A stretch of DNA of 64,000 nucleotides from a virus (taxonomy: Duplodnaviria; Caudoviricetes), in the IMG/VR virus record IMGVR_UViG_2934356561_000002, positions 1 through 64,000 of that record; one strand, given 5' to 3'. This document shows, piece by piece, positions 1-9,460 of this stretch; position 1 is the stretch's first letter; every line of letters starts with the position of its first letter. The notes under the pieces are model-generated. The model worked only from the letters and a program-made list of their open reading frames with translations. It searched no databases and was not told the origin of the DNA. A program made the translations under genes and the position numbers.

Positions 1-178
1 GGTCAAGGAGTTCGGCCCACGTGCGGGCGCTCCCGTCCTCCTCGGTCTCCACGGACGGCACCCGGCCGCGCTCCATGCCGTCGCCCACGCACCCCTCATC
101 AGAGTTCTTGGCGAGATCGGCGTGCTGGCGGGCGGCTTCGGCGCGGAGGTCTGCGTTGGTGTACGGCTGCTGGGTCAT
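1..178 (-). CDS. Hypothetical protein, 5' part only (MTQQPYTNADLRAEAARQ...)
   Basis: ATG overlaps the stop of the upstream ORF (ATGA); RBS GAAGGGA. Confidence 0.55.
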   Translation of the reverse strand, partial: MTQQPYTNADLRAEAARQHADLAKNSDEGCVGDGMERGRVPSVETEEDGSARTWAELLD

Positions 179-693
179 GACTGGGGGTGTCCCTTCGGCT
201 TCTCGGTCTCGACGGAGGCGGCGCGGTTGGCGAGGCCGGTGTCGATGTCGTTGCGGGTGAGGGCTTGGGTGTCGGCGGTGGTGGTGGCGGCTTGCGCGAG
301 GGTGAGGGTGCGGGGCCGGCCGTGGAGCTGGGTGCAGTGGGCGGCGGTCTGGGCGGCTGCGTGGAGGTCGTGGCTGGTGGTGATGTGGTCGTGGTGCACG
401 GCGCCTTGGGGGCAGGGGGTGAGGGCGTCGAAGCCGGGGGTGTTCGGGGTGTGGGTGAGGGTGGCGCCGCTGGGGAAGTGGGCGCGGACGGTGCCATCGG
501 GCTGCGGGGTCCAGGCGGTTATGGGTATGAGGGGGAGTTCGGCGAGGCGGGCGGCGTAGGCGGTGCGGATTTGGTGTTCGGTGATGAACTCGGGGCCGGT
601 GCGGGGCCGGACGGGGAGGACCGCGCGGGTGGGGGTCGCGGTCTTCTTCGGTGCGGAGCTGGGGCGCGGCTTGGTGCTGGACTTCCTGCTCAC
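175..693 (-). CDS. Hypothetical phage protein
   Basis: 172-aa ORF with GTGA/ATGA overlaps on both sides. Confidence 0.65.
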   Translation of the reverse strand: MSRKSSTKPRPSSAPKKTATPTRAVLPVRPRTGPEFITEHQIRTAYAARLAELPLIPITAWTPQPDGTVRAHFPSGATLTHTPNTPGFDALTPCPQGAVHHDHITTSHDLHAAAQTAAHCTQLHGRPRTLTLAQAATTTADTQALTRNDIDTGLANRAASVETEKPKGHPQS

Positions 694-827
694 GGGTGTT
701 CTCCGTCCGGGTCCGGCGGGTCTTGCGGGTTGGTGGTGCCGATTCCGTGCTGGGAGGCGCAGATCATGGCGATGGCTACGGCTCCCAGCACGAGCGCGAT
801 GAGCTCGGGTGCGGTGGGCCAGGTCAC
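690..827 (-). CDS. Small membrane protein (45 aa)
   Basis: GTG overlaps the upstream TGA; hydrophobic stretch LIALVLGAVAIAMIC. Confidence 0.5.
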   Translation of the reverse strand: MTWPTAPELIALVLGAVAIAMICASQHGIGTTNPQDPPDPDGEHP

Positions 828-1252
828 GGGCAGGTGCAGTCCGGAGAGTTGGGGACTCGGCACGGGGTGGGGTGCTGCTGCCGCATGGCGTCCAGCTCGG
901 CCTCGTGCTCGGCGGCGGCTCGCGCCGCGCTGGCCGCGATGTTCTTCTTCAGCTGCTCCCGCGCCTCGTCCGGCGGGAGTTGCCGGTACGTGGGGCACGG
1001 GCAGGTCTGTCCGAACGCGAAGCACGAGTGCGGCGCGGGAGCCGTGTGGGCGTGTCGCGAGTGCCCGCAGGCGCAGAGGCGGGGGGTGGTGGACATCTCC
1101 AGTTCGGTGACCCGGGCACGCAGTCGGCTCACCTCGGCCAGCAGCACCGCAAGGTGACCGCTGATCACCGGGGCCGCACGATCGGACATCAGCTCCAGCA
1201 GGTCAAGCGTCCGGATCTCCTGCTCGCGCTCCGGCGTCAGTCGGGCGTTCAT
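824..1252 (-). CDS. Hypothetical protein with Cys/His cluster
   Basis: CACGHSRHAH...C...CPC motif; translationally coupled to neighbours. Confidence 0.7.
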   Translation of the reverse strand: MNARLTPEREQEIRTLDLLELMSDRAAPVISGHLAVLLAEVSRLRARVTELEMSTTPRLCACGHSRHAHTAPAPHSCFAFGQTCPCPTYRQLPPDEAREQLKKNIAASAARAAAEHEAELDAMRQQHPTPCRVPNSPDCTCP

Positions 1253-1515
1253 CGGGCACCGCCCAGAACGCTGTGGGCCAGCTCGAGCTGGGCGACCGTT
1301 ACGGCGCGCTGCTCCCGGTCGATCTCCCAGACGCGGGCGGCGTACCCGGCGGCGTACTGGACGACGGGGTGGTCGTCGATGAGGTAGCCGAGGCGGACGA
1401 TGAGGGTGGCGAGGTCGGTGCCGGCGCGGTGGTCGTCGTAGGCGTCGGCGCGGCCGGCGTAGTAGGCGGGGTCCTGGCCGCCGGTGATGGCGGGGGCGAG
1501 GGTCATGGTGGTCAT
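1249..1515 (-). CDS. Hypothetical protein (88 aa)
   Basis: MTTMTLAPAITGGQDPAYYAGRADAYDD...; coupled to the next gene. Confidence 0.65.
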   Translation of the reverse strand: MTTMTLAPAITGGQDPAYYAGRADAYDDHRAGTDLATLIVRLGYLIDDHPVVQYAAGYAARVWEIDREQRAVTVAQLELAHSVLGGAR

Positions 1516-1556
1516 GGCGTGGGTCCGTTCTGGGCGGTGATGCGGAGGGCGGGTGG

Positions 1557-2003
1557 TCAGGCGGCGTTCCGGTGCGGGGCGGCGGTGAACGTGTCGGCGG
1601 CCTGGGCGGCGCGGAGGATGGCGCCGATGACCTCGGGCGTGGTCGGCGGCTGGTCGTCGGCGTTGCCGGTCCACACGGGTTTCGTGACCCAGTGGCAGAT
1701 GTGCTCGATGTGGTCGTCGGTCCCGGTGCCGGGGTCGGTGGGCGGCAGGGTCGGGAGGACGGCGGACAGCATCCGGATGGCGTCCATGGCGGGCTCGCAC
1801 ACCTGGATCTGGAGCAGGGCGGTGTCCTCGTCGGTGAGGAAGCAGTTCGGGGTGCGGCCGGTGACGGCGCGGAAGATGGCGGCGCAGATGTCGAGGCGGC
1901 CGTCGATGGTGGCGAACTGGGCGCCGGTGTGGAGGCCGTAGTAGTTCAGGATGTGGGCGGTGGTGCGGAGGATGGTTCCGGTGCTGGTGCGGGGCAGGTT
2001 CAT
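1557..2003 (-). CDS. Hypothetical protein (possibly DUF6197-like)
   Basis: RBS CAGGAG before ATG at 2003; 148 aa. Confidence 0.7.
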   Translation of the reverse strand: MNLPRTSTGTILRTTAHILNYYGLHTGAQFATIDGRLDICAAIFRAVTGRTPNCFLTDEDTALLQIQVCEPAMDAIRMLSAVLPTLPPTDPGTGTDDHIEHICHWVTKPVWTGNADDQPPTTPEVIGAILRAAQAADTFTAAPHRNAA

Positions 2004-2105
2004 GGCGGTCTCCTGGTCCGGGCGTGGTGTGGAAGGTGGGCACCCGGTCCCGGGAGCTACTGCGCACCCCTTCGGGTGTGGTGCTCGACTCGGGGCCGGG
2101 GTGGA

Positions 2106-2140
2106 CCCGTTCCTGCCAGGTCGCAACTGGCAGGAACGGG
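2106..2140 (-). terminator. Perfect 14-bp hairpin
   Basis: CCCGTTCCTGCCAG-N7-CTGGCAGGAACGGG just after the stop at 2149. Confidence 0.55.
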
Positions 2141-2148
2141 AGCCGGGG

Positions 2149-2505
2149 TTACTCGTCGCCGGTGAGGCGGTGTTCGTCGGCGCAGGTCTCGCACTGGACG
2201 AACTCGGCGGTGCCGTCTATGTAGGTGCGGGCCTTGGCGGCGTCGAAGATTGCGCCGCAGTAGCAGTTCTGGCAGGTGCACCGGGCGAGTTCGCCGGAGG
2301 CCGGGGGCCGGATGCCGATGAGTTGGATGGCCTGGTGGTGGAGGAGGGCGCTGGCGCTGAGTTCGAGGCGGTCGGCGTGCTGGTCGGCCTGGTCGAGGAG
2401 TTCGTTGACCTGGTCCGCGATGGTGGCTGTGAGGTGGTGCGGGTGGATCTCGCGGGGCTGGGTCGGGGCGTGTGTCATCACGGCGTTGGCCATGGTGGCC
2501 TCCAT
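2149..2505 (-). CDS. Small zinc-binding hypothetical protein
   Basis: CTCQNCYC...CETC motifs; start could be 2493. Confidence 0.7.
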   Translation of the reverse strand: MEATMANAVMTHAPTQPREIHPHHLTATIADQVNELLDQADQHADRLELSASALLHHQAIQLIGIRPPASGELARCTCQNCYCGAIFDAAKARTYIDGTAEFVQCETCADEHRLTGDE

Positions 2506-2550
2506 GGGTGGGTACTCCGGCCCGCGGGGCGGGTCGTTGTCGGCACAGCC

Positions 2551-2586
2551 ACTCTACCCATATCTACATGGTCAACACAATGGGTA
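2551..2586 (-). promoter_or_regulatory. HrdB-type promoter with overlapping inverted-repeat operator
   Basis: Minus strand TTGTGT-N18-TAGAGT; TACCCAT/ATGGGTA inverted repeat at 2555-2561 and 2580-2586. Confidence 0.55.
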
Positions 2587-2656
2587 TTGAGGTAGACATG
2601 AAGAAGCCCCCACCCAAATCGTTCTGGGCGAGGGCTTCCTCGGCACGGCTGGCCGG

Positions 2657-2884
2657 TCAGTTCCGGCGGGTGACGGCTTCCTGGTGGGCCATCAGAATGT
2701 CGCTGTAGCTGACATAGTCCCGGCGGCAATGCCGCTCGGTGTACAGGTCATCCCGCTCTATCCACCTGCGGATGGTGGAGACGGAGGCGGGATGCCCGGT
2801 CAGCTTGAGCTGCTCGCTGATCTCCTCGAGGGTCATCATGTCGCTGGCGACCGCGTACGGAACGACGACCGTTTGTATGGCCAC
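2657..2884 (-). CDS. Small MerR/Xis-like HTH DNA-binding protein
   Basis: MMTLEEISEQLKLTGHPASVSTIRRWIER HTH pattern. Confidence 0.7.
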   Translation of the reverse strand: MAIQTVVVPYAVASDMMTLEEISEQLKLTGHPASVSTIRRWIERDDLYTERHCRRDYVSYSDILMAHQEAVTRRN

Positions 2885-3018
2885 AGGTGCTCCCACAGCA
2901 TCGGACGGCCATCGTTCGCAGCTCCGGCGGCCGATACACGGGGTGGATTCAGAGAATCCGATTGAGGGTTTTGCGTGATGAAGTTGTGCTGCCGATAGGT
3001 AGACCGCCGAGGGTGCGG

Positions 3019-3558
3019 TCAGGTTGCACGGCGCGCTACGGCGCCTTGCCGGGCGATGTGGTCCTGTGCCAGCCGCTTCAGCTCCCAGGTGTTGCTAACC
3101 CCGGTGTCGTCGGTGCAGTAGTGATTCACACACACCGCCCGCCGGGCCTCCGCCCGCCAGTACAGGCCGTAGCAGCCGCACTGCGGGCAGGGGTGGCGGC
3201 GGATGACGGTCGTGTCGCCCGCGGCTATGGCATGCTCAAGGCCCTGCCGGTAGATGATCGCCTCACGGGTCTGCTGCTGCTCGGCTTCGAGGTGTGCGGT
3301 GTGCCGACGGGCCCAGTCGTAGACGCGGGACTCCTCGCCCGTGTACTGGCCGGCGCCGGGGGCGGCGGCCCGGGTGTGGTGCTCGACCTCGTACACGGCG
3401 GCGCGGATGCGGTCGACGACGCCGAGGTTCACAAGGGCGGGGGACTCGGTGATGCGTGATGATCGCCCGTCGCCGAGTCCGGATCGGACGGGCTGCACAA
3501 ACTCCGCCTGGAGCAGGCGGAGTCGCTGTGCGGTGGTGTCGTCGGCTCCCGTGCCCAT
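3019..3558 (-). CDS. Zinc-ribbon protein, candidate transcription regulator
   Basis: CPQCGC...CVNHYC motif; lies upstream of the small HTH gene. Confidence 0.65.
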   Translation of the reverse strand: MGTGADDTTAQRLRLLQAEFVQPVRSGLGDGRSSRITESPALVNLGVVDRIRAAVYEVEHHTRAAAPGAGQYTGEESRVYDWARRHTAHLEAEQQQTREAIIYRQGLEHAIAAGDTTVIRRHPCPQCGCYGLYWRAEARRAVCVNHYCTDDTGVSNTWELKRLAQDHIARQGAVARRAT

Positions 3559-3779
3559 TGGTGTCCCCGTCCCGTAGTCCGGCCTGGGGGCGCGGTGCGT
3601 GACGGTTTGTGTGCCGGGGCGCGCGCCGGGGGCCGGAGGATGTCACTCCGGGTGATTCCGGACGCCCCAGTCTGGCACGACTTGGTCGTGAGTTGAACAG
3701 AAAGTGGTAAGTGATCAACAGGGCGTATGGGGCTGTTGCTGACTTGTCGCAGATCAACCCGCATTGGTGTGCGGCATAT

Positions 3780-4154
3780 TCACAACGCTTCGGGTGCCCC
3801 GCGCATCCCGTGGATCATCCCGGCAAGGTGCCGGTACTCCTCCTCCCCCACCAGACGCTCCGCCCTGGATCCTTCAAGCATGAGGAGAACGGTGTCGAGC
3901 GTGATCCGGTACGCGTCCGCGGTCGCCTCGTCGGACAGGGTCCTGTCGCTGTGCAGGAACATCGCCTCGAGGGTGATGGCCAGCTCCTGCTGTGGCGTGC
4001 GGGCCGCCGCAGGCTCAGACGGGGCGGGCTGCGGTGTGCGCCGGCCGCGGCCGCTACGTGCGGTGCGGCGGCCGAACTGAATCACGGTCCCGTGACTGCC
4101 CGGGGGTCCGAGGGGGCCGCCTGTGGGATGCACGGGCTCTGCTGACGAAGGCAT
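3780..4154 (-). CDS. Hypothetical protein
   Basis: RBS GGAGGAG upstream; helical C-terminal half. Confidence 0.6.
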   Translation of the reverse strand: MPSSAEPVHPTGGPLGPPGSHGTVIQFGRRTARSGRGRRTPQPAPSEPAAARTPQQELAITLEAMFLHSDRTLSDEATADAYRITLDTVLLMLEGSRAERLVGEEEYRHLAGMIHGMRGAPEAL

Positions 4155-4369
4155 GGGGCGTCTCCGCTCCTCCGGCATCGGGAAGGGCAACCCGCGGGTG
4201 CAGTCCGCGGGTCTCCCCCGGTTCGGCTGCCGGTGGCCTACCAGGGACTGCCCACTGTGACACCAATATCGCCACGCAGGTAAGTCATGCCTGAGTTTTG
4301 ATCCGGTTGATTCCGGGCACGAAGGAGCCCCCACGGTTCGAGGGGGCGGAGTTTTGCCGACAACGACCC

Positions 4370-4434
4370 ACCAGCCCTGCGGGGGCCTGAGACCTCACGG
4401 GACATGCCCGCCAGATGACGGCGATTGTAGTCCG
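4370..4434 (-). ncRNA. Putative small structured RNA with its -10 box (copy A)
   Basis: 23 bp identical to 18500-18522; TACAAT followed by a conserved stem-loop. Confidence 0.35.
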
Positions 4435-4722
4435 GGCTCGCTCCACGCTGGGAGGGGTTGTATGAACCGGGTGGTGGGTGGGGTGCGGGGGCGGAGGCGC
4501 TGCGATCCCTGCGAGGGGAGACCTCCGCCCCCTGCGGCCAGCCACCCCATGGGGGTGGCGGCTGCTCCAGACAAGTCGGTGGCCTGCGCGCCGGGAAGAG
4601 GCGTGACGTCGTATCACTCGGTCGAGTGACTGAAAACCTCGGCGCAGCAAGACCTTTCGACCGGATGCGACCACACACGACAACGGCCCCACTCCGCCTT
4701 GCGCGACGTAGCGGGGCCGGAT

Positions 4723-4739
4723 CGGTTCTGGCAGAACCG
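4723..4739. repeat. parS-like palindrome 1
   Basis: CGGTTCTG-G-CAGAACCG immediately after the parA stop. Confidence 0.75.
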
Positions 4740-4741
4740 GT

Positions 4742-5620
4742 CTACTTCTCGGGGAAGCCAATCTTGTCGGTGATCTCGCGGACAACCTTCATCGGCTCAG
4801 ACTTTGGGGCCCAGATCGGGAGGGGCTCCTGTGCGTCGAATGCCTCGGCAACGACAACGGAGTTCCTGATGCCGGGCAGCAGCCGGTCGCCGTAGACCTC
4901 TTCGGCCTCGTCCTGCATGTTGGTGAAGAACTTGCCTTGACTCTCCGACTTGGCGTCGTTGACGCAGTACCAGGTGGGCTTGACCCGCACACCGTAGTCC
5001 TGGAAGTCAACGTTCAGCGACTCCACCTCCCTGGCAAGAGCCCGGGCGCCGCGAAGCTCCTTCCGCATCGGCTTCATCATCGTGATGACGTCAGTGGCGG
5101 CGACGAGGAGGGACTCAGAGAGACGGGCATACGAGGCGGGTGCGTCAATGCCGATGAAGTCGTACATGCCGGTCTGGATCTGTTTCTTGATGACGTTCTG
5201 GAGCCAGAACACGCCGAGGGTGTCCTGGACCAACTCGCCGTCGGCCTGCTTCATCTTGATGTCGCCGCGGACTAGGTCGAGGCCCTCGATGATCTGGAAC
5301 GACTCGTCGGTGTCACCCGGAGCGATACGCGTGCGGGCAGGCACGATGACTTCCTCAAGCTTGGCCTTGCCGAGCATCAGGTCGTGGATCGTCAGCACGC
5401 CGTCGGGCACGTCATCGCCGTCGTAGCCAGAACGGTAGGACAGGTCCGTTTGGAGGTCGGCGTCAAAGAGGAGACCGCGGTACCCGCGGAGTGCAGCCTC
5501 CGTGGCGAAGGCGTCAAGAACCGTGGTCTTACCGACCGAGCCGGCCCGGTTCATCATCACGTAGACGGGGATATCCAGGTGTGGCGCGTATGCAGGCCCC
5601 TCGTACTGGGGGTTCGCCAT
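4742..5620 (-). CDS. parA: ParA/Soj-family partition ATPase
   Basis: Deviant Walker A NRAGSVGKTT, DADLQ (A'), YDFIGIDAP (Walker B), IRNSVVVAEA. Confidence 0.9.
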   Translation of the reverse strand: MANPQYEGPAYAPHLDIPVYVMMNRAGSVGKTTVLDAFATEAALRGYRGLLFDADLQTDLSYRSGYDGDDVPDGVLTIHDLMLGKAKLEEVIVPARTRIAPGDTDESFQIIEGLDLVRGDIKMKQADGELVQDTLGVFWLQNVIKKQIQTGMYDFIGIDAPASYARLSESLLVAATDVITMMKPMRKELRGARALAREVESLNVDFQDYGVRVKPTWYCVNDAKSESQGKFFTNMQDEAEEVYGDRLLPGIRNSVVVAEAFDAQEPLPIWAPKSEPMKVVREITDKIGFPEK

Positions 5621-5654
5621 GAGGTCTCTCCTGAAGGGGGTGTCTGCTCGCCGG

Positions 5655-7031
5655 TCAGCCGAGGTGGCGGCGCTCCCAGTCGGTGGGTTCGTATCCGCCG
5701 TCGATGAGGTGACGGAGATGCGCGATGTCGCGGTAGTCCCAGTTGCGTCTGCGGCTGGAGGCCCGCAGTTCGGCTTGTGCGAGAGCGACCGCGTAGGCGA
5801 GTCGGGCAATCAGGTTAGCGTCCCCGCGTACTAGCACCGCGTCCCGGTAGCTCTCGGCTTCGAATGCGGCAGTGTCAGGGGCCCCGGCGGTCTTCAGCCA
5901 GGCGTGGGCCTTACTGACGGCGCCAGGGGTTGCGTGGAAGAGAGCCATTGATGCAATACGTGTTGTCTGGGGGTCTGCGGCCAAGTCCTTCGTGTCGCGA
6001 ACGAGGGTCTCGCAGTAAGCGTTACGGGCCGCGCTGGACTGTGCCCGCCCCGCGTTCTCGCCCCCGTCGTCGGTACTCTCTTCTGCCTCTGCTTGAGGTT
6101 CCTTCTCGGTGGTGCCCGCAGGAGCGTCGGACGGTTCTGTCAGAACCGGTTCGGTGCGTGCGGCAGGAAGCGACGGAGCTGCAGGCGGCAGCTCTTCGGT
6201 CAGGATGGTGGTTGCCTCAACCGGTTCTGCCAGAACCGGTTCGCCGGGGGCAGCAGAGGTCGTGAAAGGCGCCGCTGGAGCAGGAGCGGGCGCGGGAACG
6301 GTTCTGTCAGAACCGGTCATGAGGAGGATGTTTACAGCGTCGGCAGGGGTGACCTTATTCCGCATCATGATTGAAGCAGCCTCAAGGAACCGGTCGAGGT
6401 TCTCGCCGTCGAGGGCGACCAGGAGGTTGTAGGCGCTGTCGATGCTGACCTGCTTGCTGAGCACGGCCTTCCGGGCGTCTTCGGGCAGGTCCAGGAGCGC
6501 AATGCGCTTGGTCACAGTCGACTTGCCCTTGCCTACCCGCTTCGCAATGGCGGCGTGGCTCGCTCCCTTAACCGCCAGGCGCCGGTAGCCCTCGCCTTCC
6601 TGGAAGACGTTGAGCCCCTTCCGCTTGAGGTTCTCCTCAAGCATGACGAGATCGAGGTCGGGCATCAGTTCATCGCGGACATCGATCCGTACCTTGGTGA
6701 GGCCCGCCAGCCGGGCGGCGGCGTACCGTCGGTGCCCAGCGATGATGACGTAGTCGACGTTCGCGAGGCTCTGGCGCCCCTCGTACTGCGGGTACTCGGC
6801 AAGGAATGCGGCTCGAGTACCGACGAGGAGCGCTTGGAGAACTCCAGTCGAATGCATGGATGCGACGATCTCCTCGCGCTCTTCATCCGTCCCCAAGTCG
6901 TCTTCGCGAAGGTTGCGCGGGTTCGGTGCGACCTTGCCGACTGGAACTTCGCGTGGAGCCACGGTGGGACGAAGGGGGATCTCCTTCAGCGGCTGAGAGT
7001 TCCGGGATCCGCCGGCCCCATTACGCGGCAT
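5655..7031 (-). CDS. parB: ParB/Spo0J-family partition protein
   Basis: NPRNLR, GVLQALLV, IIAGHRRYAAA (GxxRxxA), ENLKRKGL, HTH; RBS AGGAGG. Confidence 0.92.
   Translation of the reverse strand: MPRNGAGGSRNSQPLKEIPLRPTVAPREVPVGKVAPNPRNLREDDLGTDEEREEIVASMHSTGVLQALLVGTRAAFLAEYPQYEGRQSLANVDYVIIAGHRRYAAARLAGLTKVRIDVRDELMPDLDLVMLEENLKRKGLNVFQEGEGYRRLAVKGASHAAIAKRVGKGKSTVTKRIALLDLPEDARKAVLSKQVSIDSAYNLLVALDGENLDRFLEAASIMMRNKVTPADAVNILLMTGSDRTVPAPAPAPAAPFTTSAAPGEPVLAEPVEATTILTEELPPAAPSLPAARTEPVLTEPSDAPAGTTEKEPQAEAEESTDDGGENAGRAQSSAARNAYCETLVRDTKDLAADPQTTRIASMALFHATPGAVSKAHAWLKTAGAPDTAAFEAESYRDAVLVRGDANLIARLAYAVALAQAELRASSRRRNWDYRDIAHLRHLIDGGYEPTDWERRHLG
6132..6315. repeat. Three parS-like palindromes inside parB (6132-6148, 6222-6238, 6299-6315)
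   Basis: CGGTTCTGNCAGAACCG x3. Confidence 0.75.
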
Positions 7032-7067
7032 GTGTTCCTCCTGCTGGTGCTGGTATTCGAAGGAACC

Positions 7068-7244
7068 CTAGCGGTTCTGCCAGAACCGATCCGGGACCGG
7101 CCCTTGATTTTCGGATTCGTCGCGCCCAGTCTCCCCGAGTTGTTCGAGTATCTCAGGGGCCAGGAACAGGCCACTGTAGGCGGGCTTCGGCTGCCGATAC
7201 TGCGGAACTCGGGCACTGACTGGCTGCGGGGAGAGGTCGGTCAT
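7068..7244 (-). CDS. Small hypothetical protein (58 aa)
   Basis: Strong RBS AAGAAGGAG before ATG. Confidence 0.45.
   Translation of the reverse strand: MTDLSPQPVSARVPQYRQPKPAYSGLFLAPEILEQLGETGRDESENQGPVPDRFWQNR
7072..7088. repeat. parS-like palindrome 5, upstream of parB
   Basis: CGGTTCTG-C-CAGAACCG. Confidence 0.75.
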
Positions 7245-7296
7245 GGTGTGCTCCTTCTTGGGGTGACGCGGTGGATGGGTATCCCAGTGCCGGTGG

Positions 7297-8088
7297 TCAT
7301 GCGACGTCGAAGGCGCGGCGGACAAGCTGGTCTGCGCCGCCGTGCTTGTAGGCCCTGGCGGCCTGGATGCTTGCGAGTAGCGGGTCGGAGTTCTCGGTGG
7401 CAGCTGTCTCCTCAAGTTCCTGGCGGGCCATGGTGGCGTCGGTGAACGCGGTCTCTGGTTCGCGGAGCATGGCGCGGGCTTGCCGCTGCATCGCCTTGAC
7501 GACGCGGGTGTCGGGGGTGCTCGGGGTCTTCGGGCGGATCGCTGCGAGCGCGGCTTGGTAGCCGGGGGAGGCGGTGTCCCGGGTCTTCACCGGCGCCGCG
7601 GCTGCCTGTTGCGGAGCGGTGGCCGACCGGTCGGCTGTGGCGGCGCCGATCTGGCCGACGGCCAGGGGCCGGATCGCGCGGACGACCTCGGATCCGACCT
7701 TGTCGTTGATCTGCTTGGCGAGCTGGCCGCCGAGGAGCCGGAGCTGGGCGGCGTAGGCGGGGGAGCAGGGGCGGAGTTCGAGGACGCGGCGTTCGGCGTC
7801 GTAGTGGACGGGCTCGACCTTCCCGACGTACTGGGGGCACAGCTCCGGCCACCTCTCAAGGATGCCGCCGCCTTCGACGCCGGACTGCCAGCCGAGTTCG
7901 CCGGTCACGTCGGCAAGGACGCTGCCAAGCCCTGCTGGATCGCGGCGACTCCCTGCGCGTGCGGCAGGGCGGAGACGGCGAGCCGGGGCCGTGACCTTCG
8001 TCGTCTTGGCGCTGGCCTTGTACTGGGCAAGGGCAAGGCGGGCCAGGTCCCGGCCAGGGGCCGGCTGCTGGTGCGTGGTGTCTGGCAT
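7297..8088 (-). CDS. dciA: DciA/DUF721-family replicative helicase loader
   Basis: DLARLAL...RRDPAGLGSVL...GW...RWPEL...SPAYAAQLRLL...INDKVG matches actinobacterial DUF721 proteins. Confidence 0.8.
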   Translation of the reverse strand: MPDTTHQQPAPGRDLARLALAQYKASAKTTKVTAPARRLRPAARAGSRRDPAGLGSVLADVTGELGWQSGVEGGGILERWPELCPQYVGKVEPVHYDAERRVLELRPCSPAYAAQLRLLGGQLAKQINDKVGSEVVRAIRPLAVGQIGAATADRSATAPQQAAAAPVKTRDTASPGYQAALAAIRPKTPSTPDTRVVKAMQRQARAMLREPETAFTDATMARQELEETAATENSDPLLASIQAARAYKHGGADQLVRRAFDVA

Positions 8089-8098
8089 CAGGTCCTCC

Positions 8099-9430
8099 TC
8101 AGAAGGCCGGAGCGGGGGTTGGGGTGGTGAGGCGAAGCGCGGCCAGGGCCTGGTCGACCAGCTTGCTGGTGAGAAGCTGCCGGACCGCGGTGTCGCTCAG
8201 CGTGTCCAGCAGCGAGCGAACGTAGGTGGGGTCATCGGCGGCGAAGGCGCGGTGCATCCCGATCTCGTGCGGGCTGAGCGCATGCAGATCGATGCTGCCG
8301 GCCGCGTACATGAGGCCGGCCTGGTCGTTGGCGCTGGCAGCGTGCGAAGAGCCGGAAGCGTTGGCTGCTCGCACGGCGGCACCGAACGCGGCCTGTGCCT
8401 CACTGACCTCAACGTCGTCCGGGGCTGCGTGCGGGGCAGGTGCGTCGTACCCGGAGTGCCGGAAGTGCTCCTGCGCGGTGGACTCCTGCCACGCCAACAC
8501 CATCTGCTGGCGGGCCTCGGGGTTGGCGTACAGCAGGTGGACGCCCTTGAGCCGGTGGGCGAGGAGCCCCGACGGGCGACGGGCTTCGGCAGGATCGATC
8601 GGGCTGTGCTCCTCGGCGGCGGCCTGGACTTCCTGCCACGTCCATCCGGCGTCGGCGCAGTGCCGGGCAATCCACGAGACGCGGGGGGTGGATGCCTTTT
8701 GCAGCCACGGCACGTTGGTGACGAGCTCCTGGCCGAGCTGGTAGCGGCGCCCGACCGTGTTCAGCTTCTGCGGCCCGCTGGTGGCCTTCTTCGGGGTGGG
8801 GTGACTGGTGCTCCCGCTAGCGAGCTTTGTCTCAGAGGGAGATGTGGAAGTACCGGCAGAAGAGAACGCTGAGGTACCACCCTGCATTGGGGTGCAACGC
8901 GACCTGCTCGGAACAGAGGTCCTCGAGCGGCGGCGACGTACCTTCCGGGCGGCCTTCTTCGCGAGCTTCCCGATGAGCTTCCGGCCTTCCTCGGCGATCC
9001 CGACGGGGACGCGGGTGTAGGCGGCGGCGGTCTCGTCGCGCTGCACCGTGCGGATGCCGAGCGCCTCGTCGAACTCGACCGGGATGACTCGCTCGTACAC
9101 CGAGGCCTGACGGATGCTGCCGGTGATGCGGGTGCCCTTGGTGCGGTACACGAGGAGTCCGGCTTCACGGAGCATGTCGAGGTGGTACTGCACGGTCCGC
9201 TTGGACAGCTTCAGCTTGCGGGCGAGGTACTCGATCCCGGGCCGGCACTCGGTGAGCGCGGACAGCTCCTGGGCGATGAGCACGGTGGTGGGTCCCCACT
9301 TCGGTCCGTAGTTGCGGGACGGGGTGTAGAGGCCGGAGCCGCCTACCCAGTGGACGGACTGCATCCAGGAGTAGGGGTCTGTTGCGATGCGGCCGGTCGT
9401 GGTGGAGACCCACTGGGCGGCTGCGAGCAC
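8099..9430 (-). CDS. Putative replication initiator with N-terminal winged HTH
   Basis: CRPGIEYLARKLKLSKRTVQYHLDMLREAGLL HTH; sits upstream of dciA-parB-parA; RBS GGAGGAG before GTG at 9430 (longer start possible). Confidence 0.7.
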   Translation of the reverse strand: MLAAAQWVSTTTGRIATDPYSWMQSVHWVGGSGLYTPSRNYGPKWGPTTVLIAQELSALTECRPGIEYLARKLKLSKRTVQYHLDMLREAGLLVYRTKGTRITGSIRQASVYERVIPVEFDEALGIRTVQRDETAAAYTRVPVGIAEEGRKLIGKLAKKAARKVRRRRSRTSVPSRSRCTPMQGGTSAFSSAGTSTSPSETKLASGSTSHPTPKKATSGPQKLNTVGRRYQLGQELVTNVPWLQKASTPRVSWIARHCADAGWTWQEVQAAAEEHSPIDPAEARRPSGLLAHRLKGVHLLYANPEARQQMVLAWQESTAQEHFRHSGYDAPAPHAAPDDVEVSEAQAAFGAAVRAANASGSSHAASANDQAGLMYAAGSIDLHALSPHEIGMHRAFAADDPTYVRSLLDTLSDTAVRQLLTSKLVDQALAALRLTTPTPAPAF

Positions 9431-9460
9431 TCGTAGGGCTCCTCCACGACCGGGTTCGCC

